A DNA stretch of 64,000 nt from an uncultured Rhabdochlamydiaceae bacterium (GCA_963712275.1 CAVQHD010000001.1:832001-896000); one strand, 5' to 3'. Positions 38,034-48,074 are shown, counted from the first letter of the stretch. The notes: generated by a model from the letters alone, not told the origin. Numbers and translations are program-made.

Positions 38034-39599
38034 ATGGCTTTACGTGCTTTATGTCTGAAGTTATACCCTTCATCTTGCTTGCCTTACCCCATTACGAAAG
38101 ATGGATGGAGGATCGATGAGGCTTGGATCCAAAAGAGAGTGAATAAATTAGCTGCAGGGGGTGCTCTTCTTGTTATTGGGTCTGCAGTTGGAGTCAGGAA
38201 AGCTTCTTCTTATTGGAGGTGGATTATTCCCGCCGGAGTTGCTGTAATGGGAGGGTTAACTTGTCTCTTCTGGTCCTATTTCGATCGCTGGATTGCAAAG
38301 AGAGTGATTATTCAGCATCTCCAGGCTCTCTCAAACAAATTTATGAGGGAAGATAAGCTTGACGATCAGACTCTGAAGAAGATTTTTGAGTGTGAGCCTT
38401 TTCTTCATGAGCTTGCAACAAAGGACGTCTATATTGAAGCCTTGAAAGGTGAAAAAGGGGAGAATTTGCTTAGTTTTTTTAACGATCAACAAACTCGTTT
38501 TTCTTCTCTTAATGCTACCGGGAGTAAAATTTCAGCGTTGATTAAAAAAATCGAGGCGCTTCAGGAGCAGGTAAAGCAGAATCAAATGACACCGAGAGAG
38601 CAAGCTACTGAGCGGTCGGAAGACCTGACAATGAGTCAAGCGTTGGAAAAGCTTAGATCCCCGCAGGAGAAACATCTGGCAGAGGAAGTGCTAGGACAAA
38701 AATTAAGGCTCTTTACTTGTAAAGAACAATGGAAGCAAAATTTCCCTAAGCTTCAAAAAGAGTTTAGTCTTGTTAAGAATGATGCTGAAAAATTTCATCT
38801 CCTGGCTGGGATATTTGTATTGACACAACAAAGCAGACCGATTGCAAAGACCTGTCAATTTCTTGAAACACTCGAATGGCCTTCTGAAGAGCTGAAAAAA
38901 AAAGAATTGCCTGTACTAATCGTGATATTGTTGGAGGAAAAGAAATTTGTGTCATGGCAAGAGACATCTATAAATTTCAAGGATCAGAAATTGTCAACGT
39001 ATAAGGCCGTTCTTGATATGAGGAAAATTTTTGGGTGTAGAGATTTTACTGAAAAGCCCCAGCAAATGTCTCGTTATATCGTGGAAGCGATTCGGTTGCA
39101 GTTAAATTTGCTAGGAGAGTGGACCCTCATGCAGCTTAAAAAAAATCGAGCTGAAGCTATAGGGTTGTATGTAGAGATCTGTCAGTTTATGGAATGCCGC
39201 TTTCCTGCCTCCATGGTTTCTCCATTGCTTCCTTGCCTCGCAGAAATTCCCGGGCTTGTTGGCTTAAATCTTAATGATATAGGGACCGAGCGGCCCCGGG
39301 AAAAAAAGACAAAAGCAAGCGGCTTTGGAGATGAAGATGCTGATGCTCTTCTGAAGATTATTAGACAGCAGCCTTTTCTACAGGATATTAAGATCAATCT
39401 TGAAGCGATGTCTGAGGGAAAACAGAAACAAATTCTAGCAGAGATGGAAAAGCCTCCTAGTAATGACGTTGTGCAAAGGCTTCTTGAATTAGCGGACAAG
39501 CTGGAAGATGAGCAATCAGAGATGGAAAAGCCTCGTAGCAGCGATCTTGAGCAAGGGTTTCTTGAAGCAGCGGACAAGCTGGAAGATAAGCAATCCTAA
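38034..39599 (+). CDS. Hypothetical protein with N-terminal bilobed hydrophobic region (Inc-like), coiled coil and C-terminal repeat
   Basis: Two adjacent hydrophobic segments at about aa 40-83; KKIEALQEQVKQ coiled coil. Confidence 0.7.
   Translation: MALRALCLKLYPSSCLPYPITKDGWRIDEAWIQKRVNKLAAGGALLVIGSAVGVRKASSYWRWIIPAGVAVMGGLTCLFWSYFDRWIAKRVIIQHLQALSNKFMREDKLDDQTLKKIFECEPFLHELATKDVYIEALKGEKGENLLSFFNDQQTRFSSLNATGSKISALIKKIEALQEQVKQNQMTPREQATERSEDLTMSQALEKLRSPQEKHLAEEVLGQKLRLFTCKEQWKQNFPKLQKEFSLVKNDAEKFHLLAGIFVLTQQSRPIAKTCQFLETLEWPSEELKKKELPVLIVILLEEKKFVSWQETSINFKDQKLSTYKAVLDMRKIFGCRDFTEKPQQMSRYIVEAIRLQLNLLGEWTLMQLKKNRAEAIGLYVEICQFMECRFPASMVSPLLPCLAEIPGLVGLNLNDIGTERPREKKTKASGFGDEDADALLKIIRQQPFLQDIKINLEAMSEGKQKQILAEMEKPPSNDVVQRLLELADKLEDEQSEMEKPRSSDLEQGFLEAADKLEDKQS
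39441..39596 (+). repeat. 78-bp tandem duplication (two 26-aa units)
   Basis: EMEKPPSNDVVQRLLELADKLEDEQS / EMEKPRSSDLEQGFLEAADKLEDKQS, starting at 39441 and 39519. Confidence 0.9.
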
Positions 39600-40324
39600 A
39601 TCTTAAAATCTTCGCCGAAGTAGGAGAGGCGGGCTTCGCGGTTTTGGAGGAGCTGCTGAACGGTTCCGGAGGTTAAGATTTTCCCTTCGCGGATGAGATA
39701 GCTCCGATCGACGATAGAGAAAATCTCCCGTGCATTGTGATCGGTAATCAGGATGCTGATCCCTCTATTCTTGAGGTGGCGGATCATTTTTTTCACATCG
39801 GCAACGGCAAGGGGATCGATGTTTGCAAACGGCTCATCGAGAAGGAGGAGGGCGGGATCGGTGACGAGGGCGCGGGTGATTTCAAGGCGGCGTCTCTCTC
39901 CACCAGAGAGGGTAGCTGCTTTTTTCTTGGCAAGGGGCTCAAGGTGCAGCTCGTGAAGGAGAGCTTGCAGCTTTTCTTGTCTCTCCTGGGAAGAAAGAGG
40001 GCGCGTTTCGAGGATGCAAAGGATGTTTTCTTCGACGGTGAGCGACCGGAAAATAGAGGGTTCTTGAGCGAGATACCCCATGCCGAGCTGAGCCCGCTCG
40101 TGAATTGGCAAAGAGGTTGCATCGTGTCCTTTGAAGAAGACATGTCCATCGTCGGGTCGAATGAGTCCCATCGTCATGTAAAATGCTGTCGTTTTTCCTG
40201 CCCCGTTCGGGCCTAAAAGACCAACGACTTCTCCGGGTTTAATTTCAAAGGAAAGGCCATCGACAACGGTCTTGCCTCCATACATTTTTTTGAGATTTTC
40301 AACTTTAAGGAGTGGGAGGGACAT
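39596..40324 (-). CDS. lptB: LPS export ABC transporter ATP-binding protein
   Basis: GPNGAGKTT, YLAQEPSIFR, LSGGERRRLEI, DEPFANIDP, ITDHN. Confidence 0.95.
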   Translation of the reverse strand: MSLPLLKVENLKKMYGGKTVVDGLSFEIKPGEVVGLLGPNGAGKTTAFYMTMGLIRPDDGHVFFKGHDATSLPIHERAQLGMGYLAQEPSIFRSLTVEENILCILETRPLSSQERQEKLQALLHELHLEPLAKKKAATLSGGERRRLEITRALVTDPALLLLDEPFANIDPLAVADVKKMIRHLKNRGISILITDHNAREIFSIVDRSYLIREGKILTSGTVQQLLQNREARLSYFGEDFKI

Positions 40325-41645
40325 GGCTAAATACCTGGTTAAGACAATGTTGTTCTTCGGGGGTGAGGGAGAAGACGACGTGTCCAATCCCTCGGATTTC
40401 TTGTTCTTTCGAGACGGGGTTATAGGTGATATGGACTTCGGGGCTGCTAATCCGAAGCTCGTCTTGATCGCGTGTGAAGAGGACTTTTTGGCCGGGGAGG
40501 GCTTTTAAGATACAGGTGCGTGTGTTGGGATCGTAGGTGAGAAGATCGGCAATACCTCGACGGGAAGGTCCCTCTTTTTCTTGGGAGAAGATGGTGATGC
40601 GCCCTTGCAGCTCGAGGAGGGCGGGATGGAGCCCTTGGTCATCTTGCCGGTAGTGAATCTGCGCCTCATCTGCGCAAAGGGTCATCTCCTCTTCTTCATA
40701 GAGCAGCTGGGTGTCAGGGGTGGAAGATCGGACAGTTGCAAGATGATGCTCTCCATCGATCTCAAGAGTTCCTTGTGTTTTAAGGCGGTGCCCTTTAAGG
40801 GAGGTGAGCGTTGTGAGCCCCGTTGTTTTTAAGTGGTGGACAGTATGATCTCGAAGGGTCAAATCAATCTCGGTGTCAGAGGTGATTGCTCCCAGGCTCG
40901 ATTCTTGGATGTGAGGGGTGCCTTGAAGAAGGAGGTGGTTATCAGCTTGTTTCCAGAGAAGGTCGTGGGCGGAGAATTGAAGGGTTCCTTTAGAGAAGGA
41001 GGCAAGGCTGCCTGCGCTTTGCTTGAGGTGGAGCTCTTGGTCTGTCAGGTTGAGATCAAATTGCGCGGCGTCAATCTGATCGTTTTGATAGGTCCAGACG
41101 CAGGGACTGATTCCATCAGAGGCGAGATGGGTGGCGGCTTCACTTTTCGAATAAAGCACCGACTCGGTTTGCAGATGATAGAGGCGGTCGTACGTTAAGT
41201 GAACCCCTTGGCGGGCATGCCCTTGTTTGATATCGTACGTTCCTTGAGGGTCCTTGCTCAGCTGTAAATCAAGGTGGGGGGTTAAGAGCTCAAAGAACGT
41301 GGCGCGCCCCTCTTTCCGAATCCAATCGGTGTAATGAACCTGTTTTGAAGAGGTGAGGGCTGCTTGCAGAGTGGAAAAATCGAAAGCCGCTTTTTCACAT
41401 TCCATGTGGGCATCTGTCGATAAGGCGAGCTTGACTCCATCGGAGAGTTCAATATGGGTGAAGGGAAACTCTTCTTGCTCTTCTTCGCGTGTCAAGACGG
41501 CTTTTTCGGCTTTCATTGTACCAAATCCATGCTGGAGAGAGACCTCTCCTTCCAGATAAAGTGCCGAGCCATCATAGGAGGCGTGGTTGGAGGCAATCGA
41601 TCCAGGATCTATGGTAGAAGAGACGGCAAGGATAAAGGCAATCAT
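40305..41645 (-). CDS. LptA/OstA-like beta-jellyroll protein
   Basis: Beta-rich composition (LEGEVSL, LLLQG, LELQG.I.I); position between the lptC-like gene and lptB. Confidence 0.6.
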   Translation of the reverse strand: MIAFILAVSSTIDPGSIASNHASYDGSALYLEGEVSLQHGFGTMKAEKAVLTREEEQEEFPFTHIELSDGVKLALSTDAHMECEKAAFDFSTLQAALTSSKQVHYTDWIRKEGRATFFELLTPHLDLQLSKDPQGTYDIKQGHARQGVHLTYDRLYHLQTESVLYSKSEAATHLASDGISPCVWTYQNDQIDAAQFDLNLTDQELHLKQSAGSLASFSKGTLQFSAHDLLWKQADNHLLLQGTPHIQESSLGAITSDTEIDLTLRDHTVHHLKTTGLTTLTSLKGHRLKTQGTLEIDGEHHLATVRSSTPDTQLLYEEEEMTLCADEAQIHYRQDDQGLHPALLELQGRITIFSQEKEGPSRRGIADLLTYDPNTRTCILKALPGQKVLFTRDQDELRISSPEVHITYNPVSKEQEIRGIGHVVFSLTPEEQHCLNQVFSHVPPTP

Positions 41646-42256
41646 GGTTTCTCTCCTTCAAAAGTCGCTTTAAAATATTTTGCTTGAAATTGGGAGGATT
41701 TGCCTGCGACGGCAAATGAAACATCTTGAGCAATTCCTTTGAGGAAAGGAGATTTTTGAGAAAAGGAGAGAGGAAGGTCTGTCCCCGGCAGGCGGAAAAG
41801 AGCGAGAGAGACCGATTGGGCTGTAAAACGGTTCGTCGAATATTGATAGATGCCGGAGGCTGCTTCAAAATAACGCACTTGCTGGACAGGCTGACCTTCT
41901 TGCTCAGTGATGCGGTCTTGCATAGAACAGTGGATCTGGCTTAAGTGTTCAATGATATCGAGATGATCATCGATAGGGGTGAGTGTCAAAACAGAAGAGA
42001 GGCTTTCGATGCGGTCATGGAGTCTTCTTCCATCGGCCCCCGTAATCCACAGATCTTTCTGAACTCCTGCTCGACTTTGCTGGGAAGAGCGGGGATGGGA
42101 TGCTTGAAGAACCGCTTTCCCTTTTTGCTGGAGTTCTTTAAATCGGATCCGATCGGCCTTCGAGATGTGGAGAGTTGAGAAAAGCCATAGTCCAAGACCT
42201 GCAATCAGGACAAAAGTATAAGCAAAAGCCGCTTTTTTAAGCATGAGCCACCTCAT
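41642..42256 (-). CDS. LptC-like membrane-anchored protein
   Basis: Single N-terminal TM plus beta-rich domain; directly downstream of kdsA. Confidence 0.55.
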   Translation of the reverse strand: MRWLMLKKAAFAYTFVLIAGLGLWLFSTLHISKADRIRFKELQQKGKAVLQASHPRSSQQSRAGVQKDLWITGADGRRLHDRIESLSSVLTLTPIDDHLDIIEHLSQIHCSMQDRITEQEGQPVQQVRYFEAASGIYQYSTNRFTAQSVSLALFRLPGTDLPLSFSQKSPFLKGIAQDVSFAVAGKSSQFQAKYFKATFEGEKP

Positions 42257-43055
42257 GAATCCGTTTCACGGACTCAAGGAGTTTTTTAAGCTCGTCAAAC
42301 GGATAGACGGTGTTTTTATCGCTTTTAGCAAGAGAGGGATTATCGTGCGCTTCAATAAAGAGAAGGTCGCATCCGGCAGCAGCTGCCGCTTTTGAGAGAG
42401 TCGGGATAAAGTGCCGCTGCCCTCCGGACGAAGTTCCTTGCTCGCCAGGAAGCATCGTTGAATGAGAAGCATCGAAACAGACAGGGAACCCCATCTCTTT
42501 CAAAATAGGAATTGCTCGCATATCACTGACAAGGTTGTGATATCCAAAGCTAGTTCCACGGTCAGTTAAAATAATGTTTTGATTGTCGGTCGCAAGGAGT
42601 TTATCGACCACATTTTGCATCTCCCAGGGGGACATAAATTGCCCTTTCTTGACGTTGACAACAGTCCCCGTTTCTCCAGCAGCGGTAACCAGGTCGGTTT
42701 GACGGCATAAAAAAGCGGGAATTTGAATGACATCACAGACGTCTGCCGCCTGCTTTGCTTCTTCTGGTGAGTGGACGTCGGTTAGAACTGGAATGTCAAA
42801 TTCGCGCCGAATTCTGGCTAAAATTTTTAACCCTTCTTCAAGGCCGGGGCCGCGAAACGATTGATAGGAAGATCGATTTGCCTTGTCATAACTCGACTTA
42901 TAAATGAATTGGAGCTTAAGCTCTTGCATCAGCTGGGTTAAAAACTCTGCTGCTTGCAGGGCGTGGGTTTCACTTTCAATGACGCACGGTCCGCAAATGA
43001 TCGTCAAAGGGTGTCCGCTTCCAACTAAAAAATCTTTTACTTTAACAAGCGGCAT
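42237..43055 (-). CDS. kdsA: KDO 8-phosphate synthase
   Basis: GPCVIES, KSSYDKANRSS, QIPAFLCRQTDL, KKGQF, RGTSFGY. Confidence 0.97.
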   Translation of the reverse strand: MPLVKVKDFLVGSGHPLTIICGPCVIESETHALQAAEFLTQLMQELKLQFIYKSSYDKANRSSYQSFRGPGLEEGLKILARIRREFDIPVLTDVHSPEEAKQAADVCDVIQIPAFLCRQTDLVTAAGETGTVVNVKKGQFMSPWEMQNVVDKLLATDNQNIILTDRGTSFGYHNLVSDMRAIPILKEMGFPVCFDASHSTMLPGEQGTSSGGQRHFIPTLSKAAAAAGCDLLFIEAHDNPSLAKSDKNTVYPFDELKKLLESVKRIHEVAHA

Positions 43056-43683
43056 AAAGAAGCTCCTTCATTGAATAAAATCCTGGAGGTTTTGCTTTGA
43101 GAAACCGAGCGGCTCGAAGAGCTCCCTTTGCGAAAGAGTCACGGGAGTGGACTTGATGCTTGAGCTCAATTCTCTCGCCCTGAAAGACAAAAATCACGGT
43201 GTGGTCGCCGAAAATATCTCCTGCTCGAATCGAATGGATCGGGATGGAAGAGCGTTCAATAGATTGGGCAAGCGCTAAAGCCGTTCCACTAGGGCGGTCT
43301 TTTTTAAAGCGGTGGTGCGCTTCCACAATTTCAATCGATACGTCGGGGCCTGCTTTTCTCGATAATGCTTGCACAACCTCTTGGAAAAGCGCCATCCCAA
43401 AGCTGAAATTAGGGGCAACAAACAGAGGGATTTGTTGAGAGGCCTCTTGTAGCAATTTCTGCTCAGGCGCGCTATAACCTGTTGTTCCCACGACAAGCGG
43501 TTTTTTTGCCTCCACGCACCCTTGCAAAAGAGCTGGAAGGGCTGCGGCAGAAGAAAAATCGATTGCCACATCTGAGGTAGCGATCGTTTCGCTTTGAGTG
43601 AAATTAGACTCCTGCTCAATCATCGACGCTAAGGTCCGCCCCATGCGCCCTCGAGCTCCATGTAGATAGATCGCTATTGCCAT
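43042..43683 (-). CDS. dapB: 4-hydroxy-tetrahydrodipicolinate reductase
   Basis: GARGRMG, IDFS, VGTTG, APNFSFG, EAHHRFKKDRPSGTA, FAKGA. Confidence 0.95.
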   Translation of the reverse strand: MAIAIYLHGARGRMGRTLASMIEQESNFTQSETIATSDVAIDFSSAAALPALLQGCVEAKKPLVVGTTGYSAPEQKLLQEASQQIPLFVAPNFSFGMALFQEVVQALSRKAGPDVSIEIVEAHHRFKKDRPSGTALALAQSIERSSIPIHSIRAGDIFGDHTVIFVFQGERIELKHQVHSRDSFAKGALRAARFLKAKPPGFYSMKELLYAAC

Positions 43684-43750
43684 AGAGCGCTAGTTTACCA
43701 AATTGGAGTAATAGATGATAGATATCGATTCTTTAGTACAAAGACACGAT

Positions 43751-43845
43751 CTTCACCACAGAGACACAGAGAAGGATGAGATTGCACAGAGTAAATTTTT
43801 TTTACTCTGTGCAATCTCATCCTTCTCTGTGTCTCTGTGGTGAAG
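43751..43845. repeat. Perfect palindrome with 45-bp arms (REP/MITE-like)
   Basis: CTTCACCACAGAGACACAGAGAAGGATGAGATTGCACAGAGTAAA, 5-nt T loop, then the exact reverse complement. Confidence 0.95.
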
Positions 43846-43938
43846 TATTTATTCTAATATTATCCAAAACACCTTGTTTTTTTCTTAAACTCTCTTGAAC
43901 TTTCTAGCGGAGGCAACTAAGATGGAGGGCATTTGCAT

Positions 43939-44011
43939 GGATTGATAGCTCAGTGGATAGAGCACCCGCCTTCTAAGCGGGTGGTCGCAGGTTCGAATCC
44001 TGCTCAATCCG
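43939..44011 (+). tRNA. tRNA-Arg (anticodon TCT)
   Basis: GGATTGA acceptor stem, CCCGC-CTTCTAA-GCGGG anticodon arm, GGTTCGAATCC T arm; CCA not encoded. Confidence 0.95.
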
Positions 44012-44026
44012 AAACTTCGAGGAATA

Positions 44027-46606
44027 ATGAAAAATTTAGGCGATTATTTGATTTCAAAATTTTCTTTTCCAGAAATTGATCTTTTGATCAAAAATTTTCA
44101 TGCGTCCTCTTTTAAAGCCTTGCCTCTTCAGCAAAAAATGAATCAAATTTGCCAAGTAATTCTAGAACAGATCCAGCAGGGGGCAGAGGAGTCGTTTTTA
44201 CTTATCCCCACACTCGATTTGATTGAACGGATCCATCAAGAAAAAATTGTCGACCATTTTCACTTTACCAATTTTGAGCTCTGGCTCAACCAATTTTCTG
44301 GACTCTCTTTGGAGGAGAATTTAAAAGTTCGAGGGAAACTTGCTGGCCGTTTTGTCCCTCGAGAAGCGTATCAGATTCTCTTTCCCATTGGCATGGGGCG
44401 GATGTATCAGGGAAGCCATTTTGTGACGGCTCATAGCTCGCCCGATTTGGATACGACGGTTGCCTCTTTCTGGGGGTGGGTGGACGCCTTTGCCGCGCGT
44501 GTTTCAAAGGGGCTTCATGTCTGGAACATTCCTGGCGGCCATCCTCCTGCTCAGGCAGAAACAGCTCTTTTATTCTTTTCTATTTTTGGAGCCGATGTCT
44601 TTGAATTTCTTGCGAAGCATCGGACAGCCCTTTCTATCTCTGGGATGGATCTTGTCACTCAAGAAGGAATGACGCATAAGCTTCCTGAAGATTCTGTCTT
44701 AGATATCGATCCTGATCAAGGTCCTCAAGCAATTGTGCTGATCGATCAAAAGGGGCATTATCTAGGAGAGTGGCGTTCAACCGATGTCGATCGTGTTCGC
44801 ACGGTTGTCAACCTTCTCAACCAGTGCCTTCGGTGGTATGAAAATACTCTGCATGTGAGGCTGATTGCTCTTTTTGCTGAAGAGAAGCTCTCTCTGAAAC
44901 AGCTGCGAGAATTTTTCCGAGTCATGCAAGAGATGCCCATCGAAGAGTGTGAGCCTGCCAAGGAATTTTCGGCAAGCCAGCGGCAAGCAGTGCAAGATTA
45001 TCTGGTAAAAGTATTCCACGCTTCTCAGGGGCTGAAGAGTACATTTTCTCAGTTTTCCAAAGCTCTTGCCAAAAACCATTTATTCCAATTCGAGGAGTTT
45101 ACAGCTCTTACAGCGGAGATGAAATCGGTGTTCGATTCGAAAGGGCATGTGACAGCCGATCGAACAAAACTGTTCCAATATTTAACAAACGTGATCACAG
45201 CGCTTGAAAAAGCGATTTATACCCTTCGGGAGTATGTCGATAAACTCGCTGTTGCCCTGAAGGTGAAGTCAGAGGTTTTAGGGCTTGCGACTCATCATAT
45301 CAATTATCGCGCTGACTTAGAAGAAATCCGGAGCAAAATTGATAGCCAGCCTTATCTGACGGTGACAGCCTCCGACCACGAGGGAGGGTTCTTCCCTTTA
45401 GGGGTGATTCATGCGACCGAACTGTTTAAAACGTCTCTTGGGACGGTTTCGCTGCGTGATTTTTCAAATCGAGAAGAGACCAAAGTGCCTCCCTACCTGG
45501 AGGTGATCAGCATTTTAGACCACCACAAAAGTCAAATCTCAACGTCAGCCCCCTCTGTTGCTTGGATTACCGACGCGCAATCGTCCAATGTTCTTGTCGC
45601 TCAGCTCAGTTTTAAAATTTCTGAGTCGTATAGCACAGGAGGCCTGACGTTAGAAGAGGTCTCTTCTCAAATCAAAGCTGTTCAGAAAGACCTTACAAGT
45701 GCCTCGAGTAAGCGGATTTTGCAAAGGCTTCTTCAGAAACAGCTTGCCATTGAAAATAAGGCCCCTTATTTTGTCTCTGCCGAGCGGGAGATGATCGAAT
45801 ATCTCCACTGCCTCTATGCCATTTTAGATGACACGGATCTTCTCTCCAAAGTTTCTGTTCAAGATGTGGAATGTGTTGCTGAGATTTTAAATAGACTTAA
45901 ATCCCTTGCCTTCCGCCAAGAAGTAGAGATCATTCATTTTGATGATTTGCCTCGCAATGAAACATTTGTGAAAAAAGCAGCGGCTCGAATTTTGCAGAAT
46001 GCCGATATGTATTCCCTCTACCGAAAAATTTATCTCGCTAAAGAAAAAACCGTTGAAGGAAATATCAAAGAAAATCCAGCGACCCTTTTTGCCGATACCA
46101 AAGAGCAAAATGGGTGCTGCCGTGTAGGTCAGACCAAACTATTTGCCAAAAATTTCCCCATCTTTGCCAAACATGTCTTTACTCTTCGCGAAGAGTGGCT
46201 TTCCAAAGCGCAAAAAATCTACGAAGAACATCCTCAGATTGACTTTCATCTCCACATGATCAGTACTATTCCTGGAGCAGAGGAGCTTCACTCAGGGAAA
46301 TCGGAAGGGTATTCGCATCAAGATGAGCTCTGGCTCTGGAGTCCTTCCACGGAGGTTGCCATCGAACACCTTAAAAGCTTTCTGAGTCATTTTCGAACCT
46401 CTCCGCAACTCGAAAACAACCCTATGGACGTTGAATTTTTGGGCGGTAATGCAGCTGAACTTAAGCAGATTTTCAAAGAAAGCTTCCAAGGGATCCCTTC
46501 TCGGGCCTCAAAAGGGAAGCTGCCTATCGCCGTCATTCGATTTAAAGCAGGCAGTTTGAATTCTCGGAAGGCGATGATTTCTCCTTACCTTCCAAGCACC
46601 CTCTAA
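44027..46606 (+). CDS. Expanded family II (DHH/DHHA2, Mn-dependent) inorganic pyrophosphatase-like protein
   Basis: PpaC motifs in the expected order: TAHSSPDLD, SLRDFSN, ILDHHK, AILDDT, DTKE...VGQ, C-terminal SRKAMISP. Confidence 0.75.
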   Translation: MKNLGDYLISKFSFPEIDLLIKNFHASSFKALPLQQKMNQICQVILEQIQQGAEESFLLIPTLDLIERIHQEKIVDHFHFTNFELWLNQFSGLSLEENLKVRGKLAGRFVPREAYQILFPIGMGRMYQGSHFVTAHSSPDLDTTVASFWGWVDAFAARVSKGLHVWNIPGGHPPAQAETALLFFSIFGADVFEFLAKHRTALSISGMDLVTQEGMTHKLPEDSVLDIDPDQGPQAIVLIDQKGHYLGEWRSTDVDRVRTVVNLLNQCLRWYENTLHVRLIALFAEEKLSLKQLREFFRVMQEMPIEECEPAKEFSASQRQAVQDYLVKVFHASQGLKSTFSQFSKALAKNHLFQFEEFTALTAEMKSVFDSKGHVTADRTKLFQYLTNVITALEKAIYTLREYVDKLAVALKVKSEVLGLATHHINYRADLEEIRSKIDSQPYLTVTASDHEGGFFPLGVIHATELFKTSLGTVSLRDFSNREETKVPPYLEVISILDHHKSQISTSAPSVAWITDAQSSNVLVAQLSFKISESYSTGGLTLEEVSSQIKAVQKDLTSASSKRILQRLLQKQLAIENKAPYFVSAEREMIEYLHCLYAILDDTDLLSKVSVQDVECVAEILNRLKSLAFRQEVEIIHFDDLPRNETFVKKAAARILQNADMYSLYRKIYLAKEKTVEGNIKENPATLFADTKEQNGCCRVGQTKLFAKNFPIFAKHVFTLREEWLSKAQKIYEEHPQIDFHLHMISTIPGAEELHSGKSEGYSHQDELWLWSPSTEVAIEHLKSFLSHFRTSPQLENNPMDVEFLGGNAAELKQIFKESFQGIPSRASKGKLPIAVIRFKAGSLNSRKAMISPYLPSTL

Positions 46607-46628
46607 GAAGCTGTCTTTGCAAACACCC

Positions 46629-46898
46629 TCAAACAGTAGCAGGAGGGTGCTTGGCAGGCTGCTTAGGCTCCTCTAAGATTTCGAGGGCAACGCGGATTCC
46701 ATTTCGGCTTGCAACAGACATGAGTAATGTTCGGATTGCGTTGATGGTTTTTCCTTGCTTTCCAATGATTTTCCCCATGTCAGACTTATCGACGGCAAGC
46801 TCAATGATTAAAGTATGGGTTCCACCAACTTCTGTAATGCGAACTTTATCTGGATTATCGACCAGGTTCTTGACGATGTATTCGACAAACTCTTTCAT
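46629..46898 (-). CDS. khpA: KH domain RNA-binding protein
   Basis: MKEFVEYIVKNLVDNPD...DMGKIIGKQGKTINAIRTLL. Confidence 0.93.
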   Translation of the reverse strand: MKEFVEYIVKNLVDNPDKVRITEVGGTHTLIIELAVDKSDMGKIIGKQGKTINAIRTLLMSVASRNGIRVALEILEEPKQPAKHPPATV

Positions 46899-47174
46899 AG
46901 GGCATCCTCAGTGTAAAAAATCTCTTACCTGTTAAAGATACAAACGAAGGCAATATTTAGCAAGCGGTATGAAATGTAAAACATTTTTTGAATTATTGTT
47001 ATCAGTTTTTATATTAGAATTTCTTGCAAAAGAGAAGAAAATAACAACAGTTGTTCGACAGGTGAACCCAAATAGATTCGAGTTTGTCCAAGCGATTGCA
47101 GCCAAGTTTGATTGGAAAATTCTTGTAAAATTTCTTAGAGAAGGAATAGCATTTTTGTATTGATAGGTTGGTGT

Positions 47175-48062
47175 ATGTCGATCATAACAGATGTCATGGG
47201 TCGGGAGTGGTGGTGGCCGCGGAGTGAAAAAAAGGGGGTTGCTAGCCTTCTCTCACGAGTTCCACCGGAAGTCTGGGCTAGGATTTTTGCGAGTTTTAAC
47301 AGGAGGGAAGTGGTCAATCTACGCCTTGTCAGCAAAGAATTTGTCATCATTGCTCAAAGTCCTGCGATTTGGAAATGGCGGCTTTATGTTGATTTGACCT
47401 ATTGGGAAACAGATAATCCTAATGAGAAACCTTTCGAACCTCCTCTAAATGATCAAATCATACGGCATATGGGAGTCAAGTCTGAAAAACCGTTTAAGCA
47501 GATGCATGATGAATTATTCTACAAGCACCAGAGACATGAAATCACTTTTCAAGAGGAACTGGAGACTCGGAATAAATTATATGATCTATATGGAGCTCCT
47601 GTAGATCCTGCAAAATATTTAGACTTACCAGCGCTCTATGAACCGCTTCCTTCCAACGTTATTCGAGAACAATCTTTTTTTGAATTTTATCGGAAAACAT
47701 ATACGAAGCTTCTTCAAGTCTATCCCAAAAATAAAATAGAAGCGTCTGTTCAGGGTCTTATCGATACCATTGTTGAAAATCCAAGCGACATTGCTTCGGC
47801 CAGACAATGTTATCGTTTATTAAATGTTTGGAAGAAAGCGTTTGGGATTTTAGACATGGAGGTTCCTCCGACTGCCTTTGAAAAATATTTTCAAGCCATT
47901 CGGGAAAGTCAACGAAAGGTCTATTCGATTTTAAAAACAAAAAAAAGATATGTGGTGGTCGCTCTTTTAGCCTGCGGAGTTACCGGTTTCATAGCGCGCT
48001 ATGCCCCCGCTATGGTCCGCTATACCGCAGACTATCTGCGCCGTCAATATTTTTTAAACTAA
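47175..48062 (+). CDS. F-box domain protein with C-terminal TM (putative effector)
   Basis: LSRVPPEVWARIFASFNRREVVNLRLVSKEF...PAIWK F-box consensus; YVVVALLACGVTGFIA TM. Confidence 0.85.
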   Translation: MSIITDVMGREWWWPRSEKKGVASLLSRVPPEVWARIFASFNRREVVNLRLVSKEFVIIAQSPAIWKWRLYVDLTYWETDNPNEKPFEPPLNDQIIRHMGVKSEKPFKQMHDELFYKHQRHEITFQEELETRNKLYDLYGAPVDPAKYLDLPALYEPLPSNVIREQSFFEFYRKTYTKLLQVYPKNKIEASVQGLIDTIVENPSDIASARQCYRLLNVWKKAFGILDMEVPPTAFEKYFQAIRESQRKVYSILKTKKRYVVVALLACGVTGFIARYAPAMVRYTADYLRRQYFLN

Positions 48063-48074
48063 AAAGGAGTCATT

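Noticed and set aside
32300..44030. tRNA-anchored integrative element between the two tRNA-Arg genes
   Set aside because: No integrase, no duplicated tRNA 3' end, and the enclosed genes are largely housekeeping
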